A stretch of DNA of 64,000 nt from an uncultured delta proteobacterium (GTDB taxonomy: Bacteria > Desulfobacterota > Binatia > UBA9968): the NCBI GenBank assembly GCA_963816145.1, contig CAWFJP010000031.1, positions 523,070 to 587,069 on the forward strand. Direction: 5' to 3'. Positions 29,903 through 37,670 of this stretch are shown piece after piece (position 1 is the stretch's first letter; every line of letters starts with the position of its first letter). Below the pieces are notes generated by a model. It was given only the letters and a program-made list of their open reading frames with translations. It did not search any database and was not told the origin of the DNA. The position numbers and the translations under genes were made by a program.

Positions 29903-30331
29903 GCAACAGGCATTAGGCAATAGTAAGAAAAAGCGATCTTAGTGTTGGCGAAATATGGTAAACAGCCACAAGGATCTGCTTGTTTGGCAACGGTCTATGG
30001 ATTTGGTCGAGTCCGTATACCGGACAACAGCAAGATTGCCCACTAGCGAACAGTATGGGCTAGTTGCTCAAATGCGGCGGTCGGCGGTCTCGGTACCGTC
30101 GAACATAGCCGAAGGATACGGCCGTCAGGCAACGGGCGAATATAGACACCATCTTTCGTTTAGTCGTGGCTCGTTGCTGGAATTGGAAACGCAATTGCTG
30201 TTATGCCGCCGACTTAACTACATGCAAAAGGATGAGGTCGACGCGGTCTTAGAAGAAATTGCCGAGATCAGCAAAATGCTCGGATCTTTGATTTCGAAAC
30301 TATCCTAACTATTGCCTAATGCCTATTGCCT
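29893..30331. mobile_element. Putative miniature element: four-helix-bundle gene between inverted (TAGGCAA)n repeats
   Basis: 29901-29923 AGGCAACAGGCATTAGGCAATAG matches the reverse complement of 30309-30331 at 22 of 23 positions. Confidence 0.55.
29955..30308 (+). CDS. Four helix bundle protein (23S rRNA IVP / bAvd-like family)
   Basis: HKDLLVWQRSM, QMRRSAVSVPSNIAEG, RGSLLELETQ. Confidence 0.92.
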   Translation: MVNSHKDLLVWQRSMDLVESVYRTTARLPTSEQYGLVAQMRRSAVSVPSNIAEGYGRQATGEYRHHLSFSRGSLLELETQLLLCRRLNYMQKDEVDAVLEEIAEISKMLGSLISKLS

Positions 30332-30345
30332 TCCCGGAGGTTCCC

Positions 30346-31041
30346 ATGATCGATCTCTACTACTGGACGACACCCAATGGGCACAAGATCACGATCTTCT
30401 TGGAAGAGACCGGCCTGCCTTACAGCATCAAACCGATCAACATCGGCAAGGGTGAGCAGTTCGCGCCGGAGTTTTTAAAAATCTCGCCGAACAATCGGAT
30501 TCCAGCGATTGTCGATCATGAACCGGCTGACGGCGGCGGGCCGTTGAGCATTTTCGAGTCGGGCGCGATTCTCGAATATCTCGCCGACAAGTGCGGCAAG
30601 TTGTTGCCGCGGGACACGCGCGGCCGCGCTGAGGTTATGCAGTGGCTGTTTTGGCAGATGGGCGGGCTCGGGCCGATGCTCGGGCAGAATCATCATTTCC
30701 GCGGCTACGCGGCCGAGAAGCTTACCTACGCCATCGAGCGTTACACCAAAGAGACCGAGCGGCTGTACGGAATCCTTGACGAGCGCTTGGAAGATCGCGA
30801 GTTTGTCGCCGGTGCGTATACCATAGCCGATATCGCCTGCTACCCGTGGATTGTTTTGCACCCGCGCCAGGGACAGGACTTAAATGACTTTCCCAACTTG
30901 AAGCGCTGGTTCGAAACGATTCAAAAGCGTGCCGCGGTGGTGCGCGCTTACGAGATCGCCAAGACAATCAACGTCGGTTCGGCGGGCATGACTGAAGAAG
31001 GCAAAAAAGTTTTGTTTGGCCAGGGAAGACGCCGGAAGTAG
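30346..31041 (+). CDS. Glutathione S-transferase, YfcG/YghU-like
   Basis: TTPNGHK, SPNNRIPAI, FESGAIL, WQMGGLGPM. Confidence 0.93.
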   Translation: MIDLYYWTTPNGHKITIFLEETGLPYSIKPINIGKGEQFAPEFLKISPNNRIPAIVDHEPADGGGPLSIFESGAILEYLADKCGKLLPRDTRGRAEVMQWLFWQMGGLGPMLGQNHHFRGYAAEKLTYAIERYTKETERLYGILDERLEDREFVAGAYTIADIACYPWIVLHPRQGQDLNDFPNLKRWFETIQKRAAVVRAYEIAKTINVGSAGMTEEGKKVLFGQGRRRK

Positions 31042-31046
31042 AACTC

Positions 31047-31082
31047 GTTCCAGACGTTCCAATCGTTCCAGCGGTTCCAACC
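31047..31082. repeat. Family C 9-mer tandem repeat (GTTCCAnnn x4)
   Basis: GTTCCAGAC GTTCCAATC GTTCCAGCG GTTCCAACC. Confidence 0.8.
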
Positions 31083-31106
31083 GTTTCGGAGTCGGAGGCA
31101 AGGCGT

Positions 31107-32102
31107 ATGAAGTTACGATGGCTGGTGTTCGCTTCTGTTTGCTTCATGCTTTCGGCGGTGGCTCGGGCGGCGGAACCGCCCACTAAGTTTCTCTTTGCTT
31201 ACGGCGCCATCGGTGGCAACGCGATGCCGCTGTGGATCGCCAAGGAGCAGGGGATCTTTCGCAAGTACAATCTTGAGCCGCAGTTGATTTACATCATCGC
31301 CGGGCGGGCGATGCAGTCGATGATCGCGGGCGATATTCAGTTCGGCCTGCTCGGCGCCTCCCATGTGACCAACGCCGTGACCGCGGGCGGCGATATGGTG
31401 ATGCTGCTCGGCATGGAAGACAAGCTGAACTACTTTTTGAACGTGCGCCCGGGGATCAAGAGCGCTGAAGATTTGAAGGGCAAGAAGGTTGGCATCGGCA
31501 CGCCGTCCGGGTCGCTGGCCATGGCCACCTACGTGGGGCTGGATCATCTGGGCTTGGTGCCGCGGCGCGACCGCATCACGCTTTTGAATACCGGCAGTAC
31601 GCCGGAGCGTATGAGCTCGCTGTTTGCCGGTGGCATCGACGCAGCATTCTTCAATCCTGAGGTCGAGCAGGTGGTGCTCCAGCAGGGCTTTCCTATGCTG
31701 TTCGATCTTGGCAAGGCGAACGTGCCCTACCAGGCATCGGGTTTGGTGACCTCGCGCAAATACCTGCGCAGCAATCCGCTGATCGTGGAAAATCTTGCCA
31801 AGGCGGTCGTCGAGGGTGCCGCGTTCGTGCAAAATCCGGCGAACAAGAAGATCGTTGTCGACAGCATCGCGCGTAACTTGCGGCTCGACCGGCCCGATCG
31901 TTTGGAACGCGCCTACCAATTTATCGCGGAAACGATTCCGCGCAAGCCCTGTCCGAGTTTGACGGGCATCGCTTCGGTGTTGAAGTTGATGGCCCAACAT
32001 GGCATCAACCCCAAAGCCGCGGAGCTTAAGCCGGAAGATATCGGCGATATGAGCTTGTGTAAAAAGTTGGATGACAGCGGCTTCTTCGCGCGCCTGCAAT
32101 GA
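31107..32102 (+). CDS. ABC substrate-binding protein, NMT1/THI5-like
   Basis: Signal peptide, WIAKEQGIFRKYNL, LKGKKVGI. Confidence 0.87.
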   Translation: MKLRWLVFASVCFMLSAVARAAEPPTKFLFAYGAIGGNAMPLWIAKEQGIFRKYNLEPQLIYIIAGRAMQSMIAGDIQFGLLGASHVTNAVTAGGDMVMLLGMEDKLNYFLNVRPGIKSAEDLKGKKVGIGTPSGSLAMATYVGLDHLGLVPRRDRITLLNTGSTPERMSSLFAGGIDAAFFNPEVEQVVLQQGFPMLFDLGKANVPYQASGLVTSRKYLRSNPLIVENLAKAVVEGAAFVQNPANKKIVVDSIARNLRLDRPDRLERAYQFIAETIPRKPCPSLTGIASVLKLMAQHGINPKAAELKPEDIGDMSLCKKLDDSGFFARLQ

Positions 32103-32150
32103 GGTTTTGGCGAATCACGATGCAGGTGTTGATCTCGCCACAAAGGGCGA

Positions 32151-32198
32151 CCCCCACCTCTTTCCTCCCCCGCTCGCGGGGGAGGAAAGAGGTGGGGG
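32151..32198. repeat. Family D perfect hairpin (23-bp arms)
   Basis: CCCCCACCTCTTTCCTCCCCCGC-TC-GCGGGGGAGGAAAGAGGTGGGGG. Confidence 0.88.
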
Positions 32199-32269
32199 AT
32201 TAGCCGCATCCTTCAAGTGGGCTCAGGACGATCGGGACGCAAAGGGGCACTAAGATTCGGAGGAAGAAT

Positions 32270-32339
32270 TCACCACGAAGCACACCAAGAGCACGAAGGT
32301 AAGAAAACTAATTTCCGAACCCTCGTGGCTTCGTGGTGA
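32270..32339. repeat. Family B palindromic element
   Basis: TCACCACGAAGCACACCAAGAGCACGAAG...CTCGTGGCTTCGTGGTGA. Confidence 0.8.
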
Positions 32340-32372
32340 GATACTCTGGTTGTCTAGGAAAGGGATCTGACT

Positions 32373-33353
32373 TTGTTGAAAACTATCGCCGCACTCAATC
32401 TCGCACTCGTCTTGCTTTTTGGCGTGTCGACGCATTTGGCGGCGCAGGAACGGGTCACGGTGCTTTATCCCAGCCCCGCCGGCAGTTGGATGATTCCGGT
32501 GATCGCCAAGGAGGCGAAGTATTTCGAGCGCGAAGGAATGTCGCTCGAATACGTTCGCGTGGGAGGCAGCACGCGCATTGTCGCGGCGCTGCTTGGCGGC
32601 AGCGCACCGATCATTCATGCCGGCGAGCCCGCGGTGATCCCCGCTGTCCAGCGCGGCGCGGATGCGGTGATCATCGCCGCCTTCTGCAATGCCGCGCAGC
32701 ATCGCTTGATTGTTCGCCCGGAAATCAAAGACGTCAAGGATCTCAAAGGCAAGCCGGTCGGCATCACGACTTTCGGCTCGACGTCGGATTATATTCTCCG
32801 TTTTGCACTCCAGCGCTCTGGACTCGATCCCAACAAAGACGTGTCGATCATGCAGACCGGCGGCCAGCCTGAAGGATTGGCGGCGATGACGGCCGGGAAA
32901 ATCTACGCCCAGCGCATGGGCTTTCCGTTCCATATCAAAGCCCAGCAAATGGGCATGCGCGAATTGATCGATTTTTCCAAGCTTGGACTGGAGGAAAATA
33001 TCGGCGCGATGATTACGACTCGCTCGTTCCTAGCTCAGCGGCGCGAAACCGTGCTGCGTTACCTGCGCGCCTACATTCGCGGCATGCACCGGTTCAAATC
33101 GGACAAAGAATTCGCCAAGCGAGTCTACGGCAAGTTCGCCTTAATCAACGATGAATCCTTGCTCGAAGCCAACTGGCAGGAATATGCGGCGCATATGTTG
33201 CGCTCGCCGCGGCCTACGCTCAAAGGTATTCAGCAAGTCATCGACAGCGGCACGATCGGGAAAATAGACGTCAAAGCAGAGCGGTTGGTGGATATGTCGC
33301 TGGTCAATGAGTTGGAAAAGAGCGGCTTCATCGAATCGGTCTACAAAGAATGA
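32373..33353 (+). CDS. ABC substrate-binding protein, NMT1/THI5-like
   Basis: Signal peptide, LKGKPVGITTFGS, ELEKSGFI. Confidence 0.87.
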   Translation: MLKTIAALNLALVLLFGVSTHLAAQERVTVLYPSPAGSWMIPVIAKEAKYFEREGMSLEYVRVGGSTRIVAALLGGSAPIIHAGEPAVIPAVQRGADAVIIAAFCNAAQHRLIVRPEIKDVKDLKGKPVGITTFGSTSDYILRFALQRSGLDPNKDVSIMQTGGQPEGLAAMTAGKIYAQRMGFPFHIKAQQMGMRELIDFSKLGLEENIGAMITTRSFLAQRRETVLRYLRAYIRGMHRFKSDKEFAKRVYGKFALINDESLLEANWQEYAAHMLRSPRPTLKGIQQVIDSGTIGKIDVKAERLVDMSLVNELEKSGFIESVYKE

Positions 33354-33476
33354 ACGGAACAGGCGGTCTTGCAATATCGCTGGCTGCGCCTTGAGTTCCC
33401 GGCGATGGCATTCGCTGCGTAGCCCGTGAGCTGATATGTTCCTGCTACGGAACCACGTGTGTAGCGGAGCGCAATC

Positions 33477-34205
33477 TTGATCGAATCACTGCTATTGGCG
33501 GTTACCCGGGTGTCAACCTTCTTGGGCAACCAGCCGCTGACCGGCGCCACCGGTTTTTTCTTCGAACGCGATGGCCGTTTGTTTTTAGCGACCAGCCGGC
33601 ATGTCGTGTTGGATGAGGCCAGCCATCATCGGCCGGACCGTTTGGCAATCGAGCTGCACTTGGATGCCATCAATATCGGGGTGGTGACACAGTGGTCGAT
33701 GCCGCTCTATCGCGGCAGCCAACCGCTTTGGCGCGAAGGGGTCGATTCCGGCGGCAGCGTTGACGTTGTTGCCTTGGAGATTCAAAGGTCGGCTCTGCCT
33801 GAGTCGACGCTTCTGGCCGCGTTTACGCCGGCCCATTTGGTTGCTCAATTGGATGACATCGAAGTTGGCGCGCCGGTGTTGATCGTCGGTTTCCCATTGG
33901 GCTTTCATGACAGTTTGCATCACCTGCCGGTGGCGCGCCAAGCGGTGATCGCCTCGGCGTTCGGCATTCGCTTCCAGGGCCAAGGCTATTTTCTCACCGA
34001 CGCGACGATGCACCGCGGCACGAGCGGCGCACCGGTAGTCGCGCGCATGACCGCTGAGCGATCCGGACGGGCAGAACTTGCTTGGCTCTTGCTCGGGGTT
34101 CATTCGGCGCGTATGGACGTGAGCAACCGCGATATCGTTGAGGACGAACGGCTGGACCTCAACTGTGCCTGGTATGCCGATGTCCTGCTGACGCTCACAA
34201 CATAA
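33477..34205 (+). CDS. Trypsin-like serine protease (no signal peptide)
   Basis: ATGFF, TSRHVV (His), DVVAL (Asp), RGTSGAPV (Ser). Confidence 0.85.
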   Translation: MIESLLLAVTRVSTFLGNQPLTGATGFFFERDGRLFLATSRHVVLDEASHHRPDRLAIELHLDAINIGVVTQWSMPLYRGSQPLWREGVDSGGSVDVVALEIQRSALPESTLLAAFTPAHLVAQLDDIEVGAPVLIVGFPLGFHDSLHHLPVARQAVIASAFGIRFQGQGYFLTDATMHRGTSGAPVVARMTAERSGRAELAWLLLGVHSARMDVSNRDIVEDERLDLNCAWYADVLLTLTT

Positions 34206-34251
34206 AGCCGAGTTGCGCCGTGGCAATCCGCCGCAAGACCGAAGCGGGCTG

Positions 34252-35154
34252 CTATGAGATGGGTGTGACGGTAACTTTAACTTCGAGTTTTTGTTCGCCG
34301 CCGCCGTTGATGACGCCGCGCAGCGGCGTCACATCGGAGAAATCGCGGCCCCACCCGACGGTGATATGCTCCAATGAAGGCATGACGTTGTTGGTCGGGT
34401 CGAAGTCGATCCAGCCATGGTCGGGAACGAACAACGAGACCCAAGCGTGGGATGCATCGGCGCCGACGCGGCGAGATTTGCCGGGAGCCGGACGGGTCAG
34501 CAGATAACCGCTGACATAGCGCGCCGCCAGTCCGGTGGAGCGCAAGCAGGAGATCATCAAGTGGGTGAAATCCTGGCAAACGCCGTGCCTGTGGGTGAAA
34601 AAAGTCATCACGGGGGTCGTCACCGTGGTTGCTTTGGCATCAAACTTAAACTCTGCGTGAATCTTCGCCATCAGCGCCATGGCCGCTTCGAGAATTGGCC
34701 GTCCAGCGGTAAAACAATCGCTTGCATAGGCGCGCAGGCTGCGTTTGACCCGGATGTGCGGCGATTCGAAGAGAAACTGGGTCGCTTCCAATATGGCGGG
34801 CTGAGGATGCCTCGCGGCTTGGTAGGCGAGCACGTCGCGAACGCTCTCCCAAGCCGAGGAACCGTCAAGTTCGCTCTGCGCCGCCGCCAACTTTACCGTC
34901 GTATAGGCAATAATATTCAAAGCTGTGTGCCCCGACTCAATCGCAACCTCGGTCACCGGGTTGCCGAATGCGTCGATGAATTCACGCCGCAGGGTTGGCG
35001 TGGGGGTGATCGCGACGGCATGTTTGATGACCTGTTGATGCTCCAAAGGTCGCGGCGTCAGATGCAATTGCTGATGGGACAGCATCACCGGCTCCGAGTA
35101 GTGATAAGCGGTGAAGTGTTCGATCTGATAGAGTTGCTCGCTGTTTGGCGTCAT
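34252..35154 (-). CDS. Transglutaminase-like protein with Bact_transglu_N domain
   Basis: Triad GVCQDF, ASHAW, FDPTN; GRDFSDVTP. Confidence 0.93.
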   Translation of the reverse strand: MTPNSEQLYQIEHFTAYHYSEPVMLSHQQLHLTPRPLEHQQVIKHAVAITPTPTLRREFIDAFGNPVTEVAIESGHTALNIIAYTTVKLAAAQSELDGSSAWESVRDVLAYQAARHPQPAILEATQFLFESPHIRVKRSLRAYASDCFTAGRPILEAAMALMAKIHAEFKFDAKATTVTTPVMTFFTHRHGVCQDFTHLMISCLRSTGLAARYVSGYLLTRPAPGKSRRVGADASHAWVSLFVPDHGWIDFDPTNNVMPSLEHITVGWGRDFSDVTPLRGVINGGGEQKLEVKVTVTPIS

Positions 35155-37664
35155 GCGGCAACGCTCGTTTGCGGCCGCTCGCCGGCGTGGACAAAAAACC
35201 GCTGCGTGAACTCATCGGACAATCCCTGGGCAAAGCGTTCGCAAGCGGCCAGCAACGGCATCAGCGGTTCGCCATGGGACGGCAGGATCTCCGACAGATA
35301 CGCGAGATCGAGGCCGCGCAGCGCTTGGAGCATGGAATGAGGATGGTTGTACGGCTTGAAGTCGAGATGTTCCTGGAGCCGCTGCAAGCGCGCGCCCAGG
35401 GTGGCGAGCTGATAACACACCGAGTGCGGATTCGATTCGTCGAGCAGGATCAGATCGAGGGCGGGCAACAGTTCGGCTTGGCGCTGGTAGCGCGCCCGGT
35501 AGGTGATGCTGACGTTGCCGATTTCGAGCATGGCATCGAGCACGGCCTCGCACTCGTCGGCCGGCAAGGCCAGAACCTGCGTGACGGTCGAGCAGAGAAA
35601 CACCAGACGCTCGATCTCGCGGCCGATGACGAGAAATTGCCAGGCGTCATCCCGGGTCATATCATCAAAGGCGAAGCCGGCCAGGGCGGTGCAAGCCGGC
35701 AGCACGGCATCGAGGACGGTTAGCGCGGCGTCGAAGCTTTGCGGCGCCGGCTCATGGGCGTGCGCCAGGCGCTGCACCGTGCGCCAATGATCGATGGACA
35801 TGCGCTCGCGCAATTGCGCGGCGCAGTAAAGCAACCGGCCGGTGTTGGCAGGCACGCCGTTGACAATCTTGGGATCGCCGACTGCCGCCAATAGCCAGTC
35901 GGCGCTTAAATGCGATGGGGAGATTTTTTTCGTTGCTAGAGTTTGTACGGTTTGACCGATCATTGTCTGTAGCCCAGCGCGTTCCGATAGGCTGGTCAGC
36001 ACTTTGACGGCGGCGAGACGCGACGGATCGCTCTCGCTCAAGCGCTGGGCGACGCAGCGCAGCAAGCGACCGGCGTTGTCGACGCGCTCGACGTAGCGCC
36101 CCATCCAAAACAAATTTTCCACGGTGCGGGAGGGCGAGTAGAAACCGCCCCGGACGATGTCGCGGGCGCCCAAGCGGGGCAAGAGCAGCGAGTTCCACGG
36201 CGTCGCGCCATCGCCCAATACCCAGACGTCTTTGCTCGAACCACCGCGCTGCATGGTAATCACTTCGGCCGCCGATTCGGGAGCGACGCGAGCCAGGCCG
36301 CCGGGCATCACATCATAACCATTGCCATTTGCCGTTGCGTAAAGCCGCAAACCAACAACGCGCGGCTCGAATTGCTGCTTTTCCGTCGACCAGGTCGGCG
36401 CCTGGGACAGCCGCACCCGTTCCTGCGCGACAAAGGCGTGGGGGGTTGCTCTCAAGCGATCGATCATGGCGTCGCGTGCGGCACCGTCCAGGGTATGGCC
36501 AAAGGTCGGCTCGAGCTTCATCGAGGGAAACGCCGGCTTGATGACCAACTCGGGCAGATGTTTGATGACATATTCGAGTGCCGGCGCTTCGCCGCACCAC
36601 CAGGTGGCCACCGACGGCAAAGCCAGTGATTCACCGAGCAGAGTCTGGCACACGGCCGGCAGAAACCCAGCCAAGGCGGGCGATTCGAGCACGCCGCAGC
36701 CGAGCGCGTTGGCGATCACGACATTGCCCGCGCGCGCCGCCGAGATCAGGCCGGCGACGCCGAGTGTCGAGTCGGTGCGCAGCGCAGCCGGATCGCAATA
36801 TTCGTCGTCCAGACGGCGCAACAACACGTGGACGCGTTTCAGCCCTTGCAAGGTCTTCAGATAAACGCGATTTTCGCGCACCGTGAGATCCGAGCCCTCG
36901 ACCAGGGGAAAGCCGAGATAGCGCGCCAGAAAGATATGCTCGAAATAGGTTTCGTTGTATGGACCGGGGGTTAACAGAGCGACTAGCGGCGCTTCGCCGG
37001 CGGTCGGCGCGAGGGCCGCCAGTTGTTGCTGCAGCGTGCGAAAAAAGCTCGCCAATCGCTGCACACCGAGGGCGCGAAAGATGTTTTCATACTGCGGCGT
37101 GACGATCAGACGATTTTGCAATGCATAGCCTGCCCCGGACGGGCCTTGGGTGCGATCGCCGATGACCCACCAGCGGCCATCGGGCGAGCGGGCTAGGTCG
37201 CAGGCGTATAAATGAAGGAAGATCCCCCCCGGCGGCTCGATGCCGCGGCAGGGCCAAAGATAGTTGTGATGACCGTGAATGAGCGCTGGCGGGATCAATC
37301 CCTCGGCGAGCAATCGGCCGGCGCCGTACAAGTCGGTGAGCATGCGGTTCAATAAGTGGGCGCGCTGGGCAACCGCGCCGGTGAGATAGTGCCATTCCTC
37401 TTTGCCGATGACGAACGGCAGCACATCGACTTCCCACGGGCGATCGGTTCCTTTGGGATCGCCGTAAATGTTATAGGTTACGCCATGCTGTTCGACGGCG
37501 CGGCGAATGGTGCTGGCGCGCCGGGCCAGGGCGGCACGGCTCGACCGGCGCGCCGCTTGAGCTAGGCGCCCCCAGTGATGTCGCGGACGTCCTTGCAGGT
37601 CAAAAACTTCGTCGTAGCGTCCGGGCTCAGGTACGTAATTCATAAAGATTTGAGATCGGGCCAT
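35151..37664 (-). CDS. Circularly permuted ATP-grasp (type 2) fused to an alpha-E domain
   Basis: DRTQGPSGAGYAL, LTPGPYNETYFEH, MPGGLAR, GGSSKDVWV, then LFWMGRYVER. Confidence 0.92.
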   Translation of the reverse strand: MARSQIFMNYVPEPGRYDEVFDLQGRPRHHWGRLAQAARRSSRAALARRASTIRRAVEQHGVTYNIYGDPKGTDRPWEVDVLPFVIGKEEWHYLTGAVAQRAHLLNRMLTDLYGAGRLLAEGLIPPALIHGHHNYLWPCRGIEPPGGIFLHLYACDLARSPDGRWWVIGDRTQGPSGAGYALQNRLIVTPQYENIFRALGVQRLASFFRTLQQQLAALAPTAGEAPLVALLTPGPYNETYFEHIFLARYLGFPLVEGSDLTVRENRVYLKTLQGLKRVHVLLRRLDDEYCDPAALRTDSTLGVAGLISAARAGNVVIANALGCGVLESPALAGFLPAVCQTLLGESLALPSVATWWCGEAPALEYVIKHLPELVIKPAFPSMKLEPTFGHTLDGAARDAMIDRLRATPHAFVAQERVRLSQAPTWSTEKQQFEPRVVGLRLYATANGNGYDVMPGGLARVAPESAAEVITMQRGGSSKDVWVLGDGATPWNSLLLPRLGARDIVRGGFYSPSRTVENLFWMGRYVERVDNAGRLLRCVAQRLSESDPSRLAAVKVLTSLSERAGLQTMIGQTVQTLATKKISPSHLSADWLLAAVGDPKIVNGVPANTGRLLYCAAQLRERMSIDHWRTVQRLAHAHEPAPQSFDAALTVLDAVLPACTALAGFAFDDMTRDDAWQFLVIGREIERLVFLCSTVTQVLALPADECEAVLDAMLEIGNVSITYRARYQRQAELLPALDLILLDESNPHSVCYQLATLGARLQRLQEHLDFKPYNHPHSMLQALRGLDLAYLSEILPSHGEPLMPLLAACERFAQGLSDEFTQRFFVHAGERPQTSVAA

Positions 37665-37670
37665 GAACAA

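Noticed and set aside
29955-30308. Four-helix-bundle gene as the Avd of a diversity-generating retroelement or an rRNA intervening sequence
   Set aside because: No reverse transcriptase, TR/VR pair or rRNA gene in the window.
31113-32099. Long antisense ORFs (also 10992..12023, 12306..13247, 28703..29920, 37575..38759)
   Set aside because: Shadows of well-supported genes on the other strand in GC-rich DNA, with no recognisable motifs.
5554-32339. CACGAAG, GTTCCA and TAGGCAA iterations as CRISPR arrays
   Set aside because: Units are 7-9 bp with no unique 25-45 bp spacers, and there are no cas genes.
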